Origin: Felis catus
Taxonomy: Eukaryota
DNA length: 64,000 bases
Direction of reading: 5' to 3'
NCBI RefSeq assembly: GCF_018350175.1
Contig: NC_058368.1
Location: 65,040,001 to 65,104,000 of the forward strand
Below, in pieces: positions 13,205-25,322 of the stretch (within the stretch, counting starts at the first letter, position 1; each line of letters starts with the position of its first letter). The notes beneath the pieces are model-generated. The model was not told the origin of the DNA. It did no database searches and saw nothing but the letters and a program-made list of their open reading frames with translations. The position numbers and the translations under genes are program-made.

Positions 13205-13447
13205 AATATGGTATAGGAGTTAAGAATTTGAACTCAACTGCATGAACTCAAATCTCAGCTCCACCACGGACTTGCTCTGCGATTTTGGACAAGTTGCTTA
13301 ATGTTGTGCTCCTACTTCTAAATTTTAAATTGAGATTAAGAACAGTACCTCCTAGAATTGCTCCAACCATAAAATGGTTCAGTGAATTTAAGTTCTTGGA
13401 ATGGTGTCTGGAACATAGCTGACACACTGATGTTAGTTTTATCATTG
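13205..13447 (+). mobile_element. MIR, near full length
   Basis: caaatctcagctccaccac...ttggacaagttgcttaa...aacagtacct...gtgtctggaacatag is colinear with MIR. Confidence 0.8.
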
Positions 13448-13680
13448 TTGACCTCAGCAAATAATCTTTTGGTCCATTATATGGCTGGGAACAAGGAAAA
13501 AGAGCTAGTTTTATGAGAAAGTTCAAACCCTGTTAATACATTAAAATAGCATCTTCCCTTTACTAGTGGAGCTCTTTGTTGTGGAAGAGAAATATTGGTG
13601 GTGCAGGAAAGCATAAGTTTTTATTCTTATAGTATGAAGATCCCTTATGATTGCAGATATTTAGCTTTTCTTAATTCATG

Positions 13681-13903
13681 TTTTTTCTTTTAATGTTTTT
13701 ATTATTTATTTTTGAGAGGGAGAGAGACAGAGTGTGAATGGGGGGGGGGGGGTTAGAGAGAGAGGGAGACACAGAATCCGAAGCAGGCTCCAGGCTCCAA
13801 GCTGTCAGCAGAGAGCCTGACACGGGGCGTGAACTCACGAACCTTGAGATCATGACCTGAGCCGAAGTCAGATGCTTAACCGACTGAGCCACCCAGGAAC
13901 TCC
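13681..13903 (-). mobile_element. Can-SINE
   Basis: T-tail, GA-rich body, gagatcatgacctgagccgaagtc; degenerate TSD tcttaattc(a/g)t. Confidence 0.95.
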
Positions 13904-14053
13904 TCTTAATTCGTATTTTAAAGTCACTAAAGTTCATACACCTTTACTGGATATTAGTAAACATGAGTTTACAATGATAATATGATGATCCATTAGACCC
14001 TGCCTTTAGAAATCTGAAAATGCTTTTGCTTCTTACTGCTTGCTAATTTTCAG

Positions 14054-14115
14054 GATTTAATTGCGCAGCTTAAAAGTAATGTGTATCCTGCAAAGAAAAT
14101 ATTTACAGAGGGCAG
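14054..14115 (+). other. Candidate 62-nt internal exon, product unknown
   Basis: Pyrimidine-rich acceptor ...gctaattttcag| and strong donor CAG|gtaaga; frame 0 is open (DLIAQLKSNVYPAKKIFTEG); lies outside recognisable repeats; peptide not recognised. Confidence 0.35.
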
Positions 14116-14635
14116 GTAAGATCATGCACAGGAGAGCTGATCATGTACAAAATCAGCATGCCAAATGGCATAACTCAGAGGGCATTAATGGAAGGGACCA
14201 GTATACTTACACTATCACTGATGAATTCCTGTTTGAAAATTGTAATTGCCTCCTAAAAGGTTATCTACTTCCAATTGCTCTTAAATACACCTGCCCACAG
14301 AATCCTTTCAGGTACAGTTATAATCATAGCAATACCCTATTCAAACATCTTCAATGTCTCCCCACCTGCTATGGGAAATCAATTTCACCTGCTCAGTCCA
14401 AGGCACAACACCATCTGACCCATACTTCCTCATGAACACAGAATATGGCTTGACTCTGCAGGATACAATTAACTCAGAGCATTTGACTCTTATTAACTAT
14501 GCCCTGTACTCATCACCCCAATGCCTATAGTTAGGCTTTATTCCACAATTTCCCTAAACCATTCTCCATGAAAGCCCACCTCTGGCTTTCCAAATTATAC
14601 TAGTTACTTATTCAATCGAAAAGTACTCCTTTCCA

Positions 14636-14823
14636 GCGGCACCTGGGTGGCTCAGTCAGTCAAGCATCCACCTTCAGCTCAGGTCATAATCTGACGGTTT
14701 GTGAGTTCAAGACCCGTGTCGGGCTCTGCGCTGACAAAACGGAGCCTGCTTGGGATTCTCCCTCTCCCTCTCTCTCTGACCCTCCCCAGTTCTCTCTCTC
14801 AAAATTAAATAAAGTTTAAAAAA
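14636..14823 (+). mobile_element. Can-SINE
   Basis: ggcacctgggtggctcagtc head, CT tract, A tail; degenerate TSD aaaagta(c/t)tcctt. Confidence 0.94.
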
Positions 14824-15338
14824 AAAAGTATTCCTTACAAAAGCCTGGCTTGTTTCCCCCCAGCACATATACTTTTTCTGCTTAACACTTTCACAGTGTT
14901 TTAGCTATATTTTAATGTTTCTTGTATTGTCACACATCTATATTTATCTACTACTATACGGTAGTTTCACAGAAGGCACACTTTCATCTTGTAATTGTCT
15001 CTTAAAATCACGGATAGAATTTGCCTTGAACATAAATAACGTTTAATACTTATTGAATTAAGTTGAATTGAGTTTGTATATTGACCACTAATGCACTCAT
15101 TCAAATTTATTGTTTTACAGATAGATTAATTTTCAAAATTGTAAACCTGTCTCCCATCTTATGATATAAATTATTTTCTAATATCAAATGCTTGAAATCC
15201 TAACAATTAAGTCAAATTTAGAGGACACTCCATCTACCATTTATTAAAGAAAAAAATTATTGGAAGCCTATTTTATGTCTAAATTTCTGAACATAATTGG
15301 ATTATCAAATTAGAATCACATGAATCAGATATCTTACC

Positions 15339-15840
15339 TGTTGCTGATTTTCTTTTGCTGTTGTAACAAATTGCCACAACCTTAGTGACTTAAAACAACA
15401 CTTTTTTAAAATCTTACCGTCCTGACGTCTGAAATAGGCTTCACTGGACTAAAATCAACATGTCCACGAGGCTGCTTTATTTTTGGAGGATACAGGAGAA
15501 AATCCACATCCTTGTCTTTTCTAGCATTTAGAGGCTTGCTTGCATTCCTTGACTCAGGCTTTATTCTCCCATCTCCAAAGTGAGTAACTTGAGCTAAGTC
15601 CTCTTCATGTTGCCATTTTTATAGTGCTCACGCACCTTCCCTCTTCTATTTATAAAGACGCTTGTGATTACATCGGACAGAGCCAGGTGATCCAAGCTAA
15701 TCTTCCCATATCAAGGTCAGCTGACTTGCAATCTTAATTACATGTGCAGCTTTAGTTCTTTGCCATATAGCCTAATGTATACCAGGTGCTGGGGGCTAGG
15801 AAATGCACATCTTTGGTGAGCCAATATTCTGCCTACCACA
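15339..15840 (-). mobile_element. MaLR solo LTR (MLT1D/E-like)
   Basis: ttgctgttgtaacaaattgccacaaccttagtgacttaaaacaac...attctgcctaccaca; about 500 bp, TG...CA ends. Confidence 0.9.
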
Positions 15841-16727
15841 GCTAATATCAAGCTTTACTAATGATTTAAAGAATACAAGCGATTAAGAGGCACAGGTAAA
15901 GCAAGATAGATCTAGGCCATCCATGTGCTTCCCCAAGTTCCTGACATTCAAAATATGCATTCTCTGACCTATCCACAGCAACAGAGATTATCTCTGAGTA
16001 AGACAGGTTATTTTCTCAGCAAGCAAGGGGATTTTTCTTTGTTAATCATCTCCATTTTGCACTCAGATCATTTAATGGCTTACATGATATTCCTCAAGGA
16101 AACTTGCTTCATAAATCCATATATTGTGTTTGTTTATTATAAGTAATACCGAAAGAGAAATATCCTCCTGAAAAAATTCTACTAGTACATACTCTTTTCC
16201 TAGCCAATATCATTAGTCTATTTATCATAAGTCTCATTATTATCAGCATGTTTACCAGTAAATTAGACTAATGCCAGACATTCCTTTTGGGGAGCATCCT
16301 TTGATGGAGGGGGAGAATGGGTCACAAGTCAGATGTTTGAAATAACTTCTCCACAGTCAGTATGCCAGGTGCTGATGCTAGAAAGGATAGTCGCAAAAAA
16401 AAGGGAGAACCTCTGTTTTTAAGGTCACAGTATTAGTGGAACTTGATAAGAAACATAATAATCAGAGTAAGTGTGTTTTACTATGCTAGAGAAATAAGAC
16501 TCAGTGCGATCATTTAGTCAAAGAGTAGTAGGAGGTGGGCCTATACAGAGATTGGAAAAGGCACTCAGAAATTTACTACCAAAATACAAAAGAAAGCTGG
16601 TGAGTCTCCTATAGAAAGCAGACAGAATGGAAATGAAGAAAAGGATGGCATGTAACAATTATCAAGAAAATATCATCTATCATACTTGGTGAAGGGTGAA
16701 TATCCCAGAGAGTCTGCACTGGAAAAA

Positions 16728-16733
<6 letters not shown>

Positions 16734-16762
<29 letters not shown>
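16734..16762. repeat. (GA)n microsatellite
   Basis: Perfect GA run. Confidence 0.95.
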
Positions 16763-16766
<4 letters not shown>

Positions 16767-17850
16767 AAATGAGAGAAACATAAGAAAAGCAGGAACCAAA
16801 AAGGAAAGCAACCATGTTATCTGAAGTGGTAGATTCCACAGGTCTAATACACACAGAGATATCTGAAAGCACTTGACACCAAACATAGTTGGGGAGCTAG
16901 AAAAGAGTCCAGCCTTGTGAAGATGTCATCTAAGTTGATCATAGAAGCACACGTAAGAGCTAACCAGAACACAGAGAAGGGGAAACAAGGGTAAAATCAT
17001 AGGGAATCTGATCTTTTCAAATCATCATATCTTATTTACTGCCAAAAAAATAAATATTCACAATGACCATATATTTTATTAATTTCTCAGATTAAAATGT
17101 TTTAATCAACCCTCAGAAGTGAACATTTATGATCTTAGAAAATATTCTAATATGATGCATCAGCCTTTGAAGAAGATACTACTAGAAATTTCAAAATTTA
17201 TTTATAAAATGCCTCTAATTTTTATTGCACAGTTGTAAGCACTTAATTGATGTTAGCTAGTTTTATTTTTAATTATGAAATTTTAACAATGTGGACACAC
17301 TATTGCTACTTTGAAAGCTAATCCCTCATTTCGACAGAAAATTTTATGTTAAAAAACAGTTACATGGCTCATGCCCATGAACTACTAACTGCTACACCAA
17401 TTGCCTTCCCACCATTAACAACTAGAAAATGGGCAGAATATATGGAGAAATAAATCTTTCCAGACAGTAATCCCTGAGAGAAGGGAAAGTAAGCTCTCTG
17501 CTTTTTCCAGTTTACTGCCTAGGGCAGTTTGAGGCTTCAGGAAGTGAAGGGGTAATCCAAACAGAGGTAGTCAGACTCAGTTGAAAAGAACAAGATTGGA
17601 GGTTGGGGGGCTGATGTGCTTAGAATTTGTTTGGCAGAGTTTAAAAGAGAAGAGGAAGGAAAGAATTTTCCAGAAATCTGTATAGAGCTTTCCTTGAGTG
17701 TCTGACTGAGTACTTATCAACACATGAATAAGAAAAAACTGCCTGAGGCCAGTAAGAATGACTGGAAAAAAGTATGGCAAACAATGCTTATACCTCTGTT
17801 TTTGTGCTCTTCACTAAAATATCTTTGACTATTTTTTAAATTAACTTCTC

Positions 17851-18072
17851 GGGGCGCCTGGGTGGCGCAGTCGGTTAAGCGTCCGACTTCAGCCAGGTCA
17901 CGATCTCGCGGTCCGTGAGTTCGAGCCCCACGTCGGGCTCTGGGCTGATGGCTCAGAGCCTGGAGGCTGTTTCCGATTCTGTGTCTCCCTCTCTCTCTGC
18001 CCCTCCCCCGTTCATGCTCTGTCTCTCTCTGTCCCAAAAATAAATAAACGTTGAAAAAAAATTAAAAAAAAA
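17851..18072 (+). mobile_element. Young SINEC_Fc
   Basis: Near-consensus, CpGs retained; 14-bp perfect TSD taaattaacttctc at 17837-17850 and 18073-18086. Confidence 0.98.
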
Positions 18073-18328
18073 TAAATTAACTTCTCAAATTCAACACATG
18101 AAGCATTGGATACAATCTTCAGAGGACTCATACCTTTGCAGTAAGGTTAAATTAATCCTAGATTAAATGCTGCTCTAAATGCCACAAGAAAGTTTGAAAA
18201 AATCCATATGGTTGACATAACTAAATACCAGAACAAAATACAACACCCTTAAAAGGAACACAACACAATCCAGTATCCAACCAGGTAAAATGCATATATA
18301 ATGTTCAGCATCAATCAAAAATGATCAG

Positions 18329-18515
18329 CCACCTGGGTGGCTCAGTCATTTAGCATGGGACTCTTGATTTTGGCTCAGGTCATGATCTCAAGGTTCATGA
18401 GTTTGAGCCCTACGTTGGGCTCTGTGCTGAAAGTGCACAGCCTGCTTGGGATTGTCTCTTTCTTTCTCTCTATCCCCCTCCCTCCCCCCGACCCAAGTAA
18501 ATAAATAAACTTAAA
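18329..18515 (+). mobile_element. Can-SINE, 5' end slightly clipped
   Basis: cacctgggtggctcagtc head; TSD aaaaatgatcag at 18317-18328 and 18516-18527. Confidence 0.93.
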
Positions 18516-19520
18516 AAAAATGATCAGGTATGTAAAAAAGGAGAAAAATATTACCCATAACCAGGAGTAAAAATAAACAGAAACAGATCCATAGAGAGAT
18601 GATACATTAAAAATAAACAACCAGGAAGAGGAATTCTGAACCATAAGTCATGATTGAAAGGGGGATAAACTCATAGACTTTCTGTACAGTGAAAACAATC
18701 TCCTAAACACAAACACATCCACAATAAACATTGAAAATCTCATTCTCAGCAGACACACTCTCTAACCATTCAGTGACCTATCACTAAATACTGGACAACC
18801 TCTAGGAGGTCAAACTTAAAAGTAAAAGAAAAAAAACTGATCAGCAAAATCATATATGTGTCTAACAGCAGATCACCAAAATATATGAAACCAACTCTGG
18901 CAGAATTTAGGAAAGAAACAGACTATTCAAAACTGGTAGTTAGATATTGACAAAAGAGAATAAATTAAGAAAAAAATAAAATTTTTAAAAATTTAAATCT
19001 GAAATCAAAATAAAATTTAATTTGAAAATTCACAAATATTTGGAAATTAAACAACTAACTTCGAAATTACCAATGGAGCAAAGAAGAAACCACAAGGAGA
19101 TTAGAAAATGCTTTTTAGAACTTAACTCCAAAATTCATTGAGTGAAGGTAAAATACTATTTGGAGGAAAATTTATGGTGGTAAGTGCCCATATTAGAAAA
19201 GAATAACTTGAATAAGTGACTTAAGATTATACCTTAAGAAACTAAAAAAAAGCAAATCAAACCCAAAGCAAACAGAAAGAAGATAAAAATTATAGTAAGA
19301 ATAACAAAATATTTTTTAAATGATACAGAAAATCAACAAAGCAAAAAGTTGGCTCTTTTAAAGATCAGAAAAGTTGACAGACTTTTAGTTAGATGGATGA
19401 AGAAGAAAAAAAAGAGGGACTTACATTATTAAATTCAGGAATGACAGAATGGACATCACCTCTGACCTTACAGAAGTAAAGTTATAAGGGAAAACTATTT
19501 AAAAATCCATGCCAAAACTT

Positions 19521-22156
19521 TCCAGGGGAATTCTACCAAACATTTAAGGAAGAGTTAACACCTATTCTCTTGAAACTGTTCCAAAAAATAGAAATGGAAC
19601 GAACACTTCCAAACTCATTCTATGAAGCCAGCATTACCTTGATTCCAAAACCAGACAGAGACCCCACTAAAAAGGAGAACTATAGACCAATTTCCCTGAT
19701 GAACATGGATGCAAAAATCCTCAACAAGGTATTAGCCAACCGGATCCAACAACACATTAAAAAAATTATTCACTACAACCAAGTGGGATTTATACCTGGG
19801 ATGTAGGGCTGGTTCAATATCCGCAAAACAATTAACATGATTCATCACATCAATAAAAGAAAGGACAAGGAACCATATGATCCTCTCAATAGATGCAGAA
19901 AAAGCATTTGACAAAATACAGCATCCTTTCTTGATAAAAACCCTCAAGAAAGTAGGGACAGAAGGAGAATACCTGGAGATCATAAAAGCCATATACAAAT
20001 GACCCAACGCTAATATCATCCTCAATGGGGAAAAACTGAGAGCTTTTCCCCAAAGGTCAGGAACAAAACAGGGATGTCCACTCTCACCACTGTTATTCAA
20101 CATAGTATTGGAAGTCTTAGCCTCTGCAATCAGACAACACAAAGAAATAAAAGGCATCCAAATCGGCCAGGAGGAGGTCAAACTTTCACTCTTCGCAGAT
20201 GACATGATACTCTATATGGAAAACCCAAAAGATTCCACCAAAAAACTGCCAGAATTGATCCATGAATTCAGAAAAGTTACAGGATATAAAATCAATGCAA
20301 AGAAATTGGTTGCATTCCTATACACCAACAATGAAGTGACAGAAAGAGAAATCAAGGCATCAATCCCATTTACAGTTGCACCAAAAACCATAAAGTACCT
20401 AGGAATAAATCTAACCAAAGAAGTGAAAAATCTATCCACTGAAAACTATAGAAAGCTGATGAAAGAAATTGAAGAAGACACAAAGAAATGGAAAAAGATT
20501 CCATGCTCCTGGATAGGAAGAACAAATATTGTTAAAATGTCGATACTACCCAAAGCAATCTACATATTCAACACGATCCCTATCAAAGTAACACCTGCAT
20601 TCTTCACAGAGTGGGAACAAATAACCCTAAAATTTGTACAGAACCAGAAAAGACCCCGAATAGCCAAAGCAATCTTGAAAAAGAAAACCAAAGCAGGAGG
20701 CATCACAATCCCAGACTTCAAGCTATACTACAAAGCCGTAATCATCAAGACAGTATTGTACTGGCACAAGAACAGACACTCAGATCAATGGAACAGAATA
20801 GAGAACCCAGAAATGGACCCACAAACATATGGCCAACTAATCTTTGACAAAGCAGGAAAGAATATCCAATGGAATAAAGACAGTCTCTTCAGCAAGTAGT
20901 GCTGGGAAAACTGGACAGCAACTTGCAGAAGAACGAACCTGGACCACTTTCTTACACCATACACAAAAAAAAACTCAAAGTGGATGAAAGACCTCCATGT
21001 AAGACAGGAAGCCATCAAAATCCTCAAGGAGAAACAGACAAAAACCTCTTTGATCTTGCCCGCAGCAATTTCTTACTGAACATGTCTCCGGAGGCCAGGG
21101 AAGCAAAAGCAAAAATGAACTACTGGGACCTCATCAAAATAATAAGCTTCTGCACAGCGAAGGAAACAATCAGCAAAACTAAAAGGCAACTGACAGAAAG
21201 GGAGAAGATATTTGCAAACAACATATCAGATAAAGGGTTAGTATCCAAAATCTACAGAGAACTTATCAAACACAACACCCAAAAAACAAATCATCCGGTG
21301 AAGAAATGGGCAAAAGACATGAAGAGACACTTCTCCAAAGAAGACATCCAGATGGCCAACTGACACATGAAAAAGTGCCCAACATCACTCATCATCAGGG
21401 AAATACAAATCAAAACCACACTGAGATACCACCTCATACCTGTCAGAATGGCTAACGTTAACAACTCAGGCAACAACAGATGTTGGCAAGGATGCAGAAA
21501 AAGAGGATCTCTTTTGCATTGTTGGTGGGAATACAAGCTGGTGCAGCCATTCTGGAAAACAGTATGGAGGTTTCTCAAAAGACTAAAAATAGAACTACCC
21601 TACGACCCAGCAATTGCACTACTAGGCATTTATCCAAGGGATAGAGGTGTGCTCTTTTGAAGGGACACATGCACCCCCATGTTTATAGCAGCACTATCAA
21701 CACTAGTCAAAGTATGGAAAGAGCCCAAATGTCCATTGATGGATGAATGGATAAAGAAGATGTGGTATATATACACAATGGAGTATTACTTGGCAATCAA
21801 AAAGAATGAAATCTTTCCATTTGCAACTACGTGGATTGAACTGGAGGGTATTATGCTAAGTGAAATTAGTCAGAGAAATACAAAAATCATATGACTTCCT
21901 CATATGAGGACTTTAAGAGACAAAACAGATGAACATAAGGGAAGGGAAGTAAAAATAATATAAAAACAAGGAGAAGGACAAAAACAAAAGAGACTCATAA
22001 ATATGGAGAACAAACTGAGGGTTGCTGGAGGGGTTGTGGGAGGGGGGATGGACTAAATGGGTAAGGGGCATTAAGGAATCTACTGAAATCGTTGCTTCAC
22101 TATATACTAACTGACTTGGATGTAAATTTTAAAAAATAAAAAATAAAGTTAAATAA
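19521..22156 (+). mobile_element. Young felid-type LINE-1, 5'-truncated, inactive (ORF2 RT and C-terminal domains, 3' UTR, A tail)
   Basis: ORF2 peptides [38 protein letters not shown]; stops at 19804, 20000, 20897 plus frameshifts; G-rich 3' UTR; TSD aaaaatccatgc(c/ta)aaaactt at 19501-19520 and 22157-22177. Confidence 0.98.
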
Positions 22157-23363
22157 AAAAATCCATGCTAAAAACTTAGATAACTTAGATAAAATGAACA
22201 AATTATATAAGAAACAAACTACCAAAATTGACTCAGGAATAAATAGAAAATGTGAATTGACCTGTAATAAGAAATATAGTTATTACTACCACTAATAAAC
22301 TACTCAAAAAGAAAACCCCAGACCTAGATGGTTTCACTGGTACATTCTACCAAACATTTAAGGATTTAGTTTACTACCCATTTTTCACAATCTCTTCTTA
22401 AAAATGGAGGAGGAAAAAAAGGTAACACTTCCTAACTCTTTCTATAAGGCTAGTATTAATCTGTCATCAAAACCAAAGACATAATAAGAGGGGAAAACTA
22501 CAAACCAACACCATGTATGAGTATAGATGCAAAAATCCTCAACAAAATACTAGAAAACTACATCCACCAGCATATAAAAAGGGTTATAAAACATGATGAA
22601 GTTGAATTTATTCAAGAAATACAAAGTTGGTTTAACATCTCTGAAAATCAGTTAATGTAAAACATTATATTCATAGTATAAAGGGGGGAAAAGTACATCA
22701 TTTCACTAAACACAGAAAAAGCATATTACAAAATCTATCACTCTTTCATGATAAAAAAACACTTAATACACTGGATATACAATCAAATAAAGAGCATTTA
22801 TGAAAAATAGCACAGCTAACATAATAGTTAATGATGAAAGATTAGATGCTTTTACCCAAGCCCAGGATAAAACAAAAAGTCTGCTCTAATCACTTATATT
22901 TAACATTGTATTGGAGATTCTAAGCAGGAAAATTAGGCAGGAAAAGGAAATAAAAGTCATAAAGAATAGAAAGGAAGACAGATTAGGAAAAAAAGACATG
23001 AATTTATCATTATTCATAGATGATACAGTGTTATATATATATAGAACAAGAAAAAATTAGAATAAACAAGTTTAATAAGTTTTCAGTACACAAAATCAAT
23101 ACACAAAAATCTGTTGTATTTCTATAATTTCCAGCAGTTAACAATTCGAAACTGAAGTTATGAAAACAACTTCAGTTTAAACAGCATCAAAAAGAATCAA
23201 AATACTTAGGGAGAAAGTATTTGCAAAATATAAACATCAGATTCAGACTTCCATCCAGAAAATATAAAGAACATTTACAACTCAATATTGGAATAACCAC
23301 CTGACATTAAAAAAAAAAAAATGGATAATTGAGTTGAACAAAACTTCACCGAAGGAAACATAT

Positions 23364-23486
23364 GGGGGCACCTGGGTGATTCAGTTGGTTGAGTGTCTGA
23401 ATCTTGACTTTGGCTCAGGTCATGATCCCAGGGTCGTGTGATCAAGCCCCGGATTAGGCTCAAACTGCGTGTGGAGCCTGCTTAAG

Positions 23487-23534
<48 letters not shown>

Positions 23535-23587
23535 TCCTCTCCTACCTCTCTCCCCTACCTGTGCTCTCTCTCCCTAAAATAAAAAAA
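23364..23587 (+). mobile_element. Can-SINE with long (CT)n
   Basis: gggggcacctgggtg head; TSD aaggaaacata at 23352-23362 and 23588-23598. Confidence 0.95.
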
Positions 23588-23844
23588 AAGGAAACATAAA
23601 TATCAAATTTGTCATTAAGGAAACATTACTAATTATTAAGGAAGTGCAATTTAAAACCACGAGAAACCACTACATATCCACTAAAATAGCTAAAATTTAA
23701 ATGAATGCTAGACCAAGTGTTGAAGGACTTAGAGCAACTAAAACTCACATATATTGCTTGTGGGAAAACAAAATGGTACAAAGATTTTAGAAAACAATTT
23801 GGCCATTTATTATAAAGTTGAACATGTAATTACAATACATTTCA

Positions 23845-24282
23845 AGGGTGCCTGGGTTGACTCCGTCCAATAAGCCTCCGACTTCAGCTCAGGCCATGAT
23901 CTCACAGTTCATGGGTTTGAGCCCCATGTAAGGCTCCACGCTGACAGTTCGGAGCCTGGAGCCTGCTTCGGATTCTTCTCCCTCTCTCTCTGCCCCTTCC
24001 CCGTTCATGCTCTGTCTCTCTCTCTCTCAGAAATATGGGGCGCCTGGGTGGCGCAGTCGGTTAAGCGTCCGACTTCAGCCAAGTCACGATCTCGCGGTCC
24101 GTGAGTTCGAGCCCCGCGTCAGGCTCTGGGCTGATGGCTCAGAGCCTGGAGCCTGTTTCCGATTCTGTGTCTCCCTCTCTCTCTGCCCCTCCCCCGTTCA
24201 TGCTCTGTTTCTCTCTGTCCCAAAAAATAAATAAACGTTGAAAAAAAAATTTTTTAAAAAGAAATAAATAAACATTAAAAAA
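23845..24282 (+). mobile_element. Can-SINE (outer), its tail split by a younger SINE
   Basis: Body 23845-24035, tail resumes 24267-24282; TSD aatacatt(t/c)ca at 23834-23844 and 24283-24293. Confidence 0.92.
24037..24259 (+). mobile_element. Young SINEC_Fc nested in the tail of the older SINE
   Basis: Near-consensus body; short TSD agaaata at 24029-24035 and 24260-24266. Confidence 0.96.
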
Positions 24283-25110
24283 AATACATTCCAGAAATCC
24301 CCACCCTAGATATTTATGCAAGCAAAATTAAAAACATATGTTGACATGGATAGCCTAGTTTTCTATCATCTGGCTAATGGATAAACAAATTGTGGCCTAT
24401 CTATCAGTAGAATACTATTCAGCAATTCAAAGAACAAACTATTGATATAGGTGACAATGTGGATTAAGCTCAAAATCCATTATGCTAAGTGAAAGAAGCC
24501 AGACACAAAAAAATTACATCTCGTATGATTCCATTTGTTTAAAACAATAGACAAGGTAAAACTATATTGACAGAGAGTAGAGACCAGTGGTCAGAGGCTA
24601 AAGATAGAGGGAAAGCATTACCTGCAGAGGGATAGGTGGGAAACATGGGGATAATAAAAATGTTCTATATCATGATTGCCGTGGTAATTATACAAATGTA
24701 TGTATTTGTGAAAACTTAATAAACTGTACCTTAAAATGGGTGAATTTAAATTTACTAAATTATGCTTCAAAAGATGCTTTGTTAAATGAAAATAAGCATG
24801 TTATAGGCATATCTTACATATAAATCAAAGAAAAATATTAATTCAGGGCTAGAAATTATATTTAAGCCTTGGTGTAGAATAATCATAGTAATGGGGATGT
24901 ATAAAATTTATTTCCACTGGACTGTACATGTCCATGTCTGATTAACTACTAAATAATTTTTTTCAAATTAAAATTACTTGATTAGTTCCCCAATGTATCA
25001 CCAAAAAATATATGTTCCTTTCTTGACAATATGAAACAGTAAGAATTTAAAAAGAAGTTGAGGCCAGTGTTTATTTTCTTTTCTTTCTTAGAAATCAGTG
25101 GAAGACATAA

Positions 25111-25322
25111 TTTTTTTTAATGTTCATTCATTTTTTGAGAAAGAGCAAGATAGAGCGTGAGCAGGGAAGGGGCAAAGAGAGAGGGAGACACAGAATCTGA
25201 AGTAGGTTCCAGGCTCTGAGCAGTAGGCACAGAGCCCGACCCAGGGCTCAAACCCACAAACCCTGAGATCATGACCTGAGCTGAAGTCAGACGCTTAACC
25301 AACTGAGTCACCCAGGAGCCCC
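25111..25322 (-). mobile_element. Can-SINE
   Basis: 16-bp perfect TSD tcagtggaagacataa at 25095-25110 and 25324-25339. Confidence 0.97.

Larger units (their letters stand above)
17400..24790 (+). mobile_element. Old L1 (L1M) scaffold, 5' region to 3' UTR, hosting six younger insertions
   Basis: L1M 5'-like sequence about 17400-18800; ORF2 fragments 18830-19500 and 22178-23360; 3' UTR to about 24790 (tatgctaagtgaaagaagccagacac...). Continuity of the 5' part is inferred. Confidence 0.7.

Noticed and set aside
20108..20899. 263-aa ORF with FADD motif as a novel reverse transcriptase gene (also 60394-60900)
   Set aside because: Fragment of a 5'-truncated L1 ORF2 flanked by stops and frameshifts; no promoter, ORF1 or endonuclease domain
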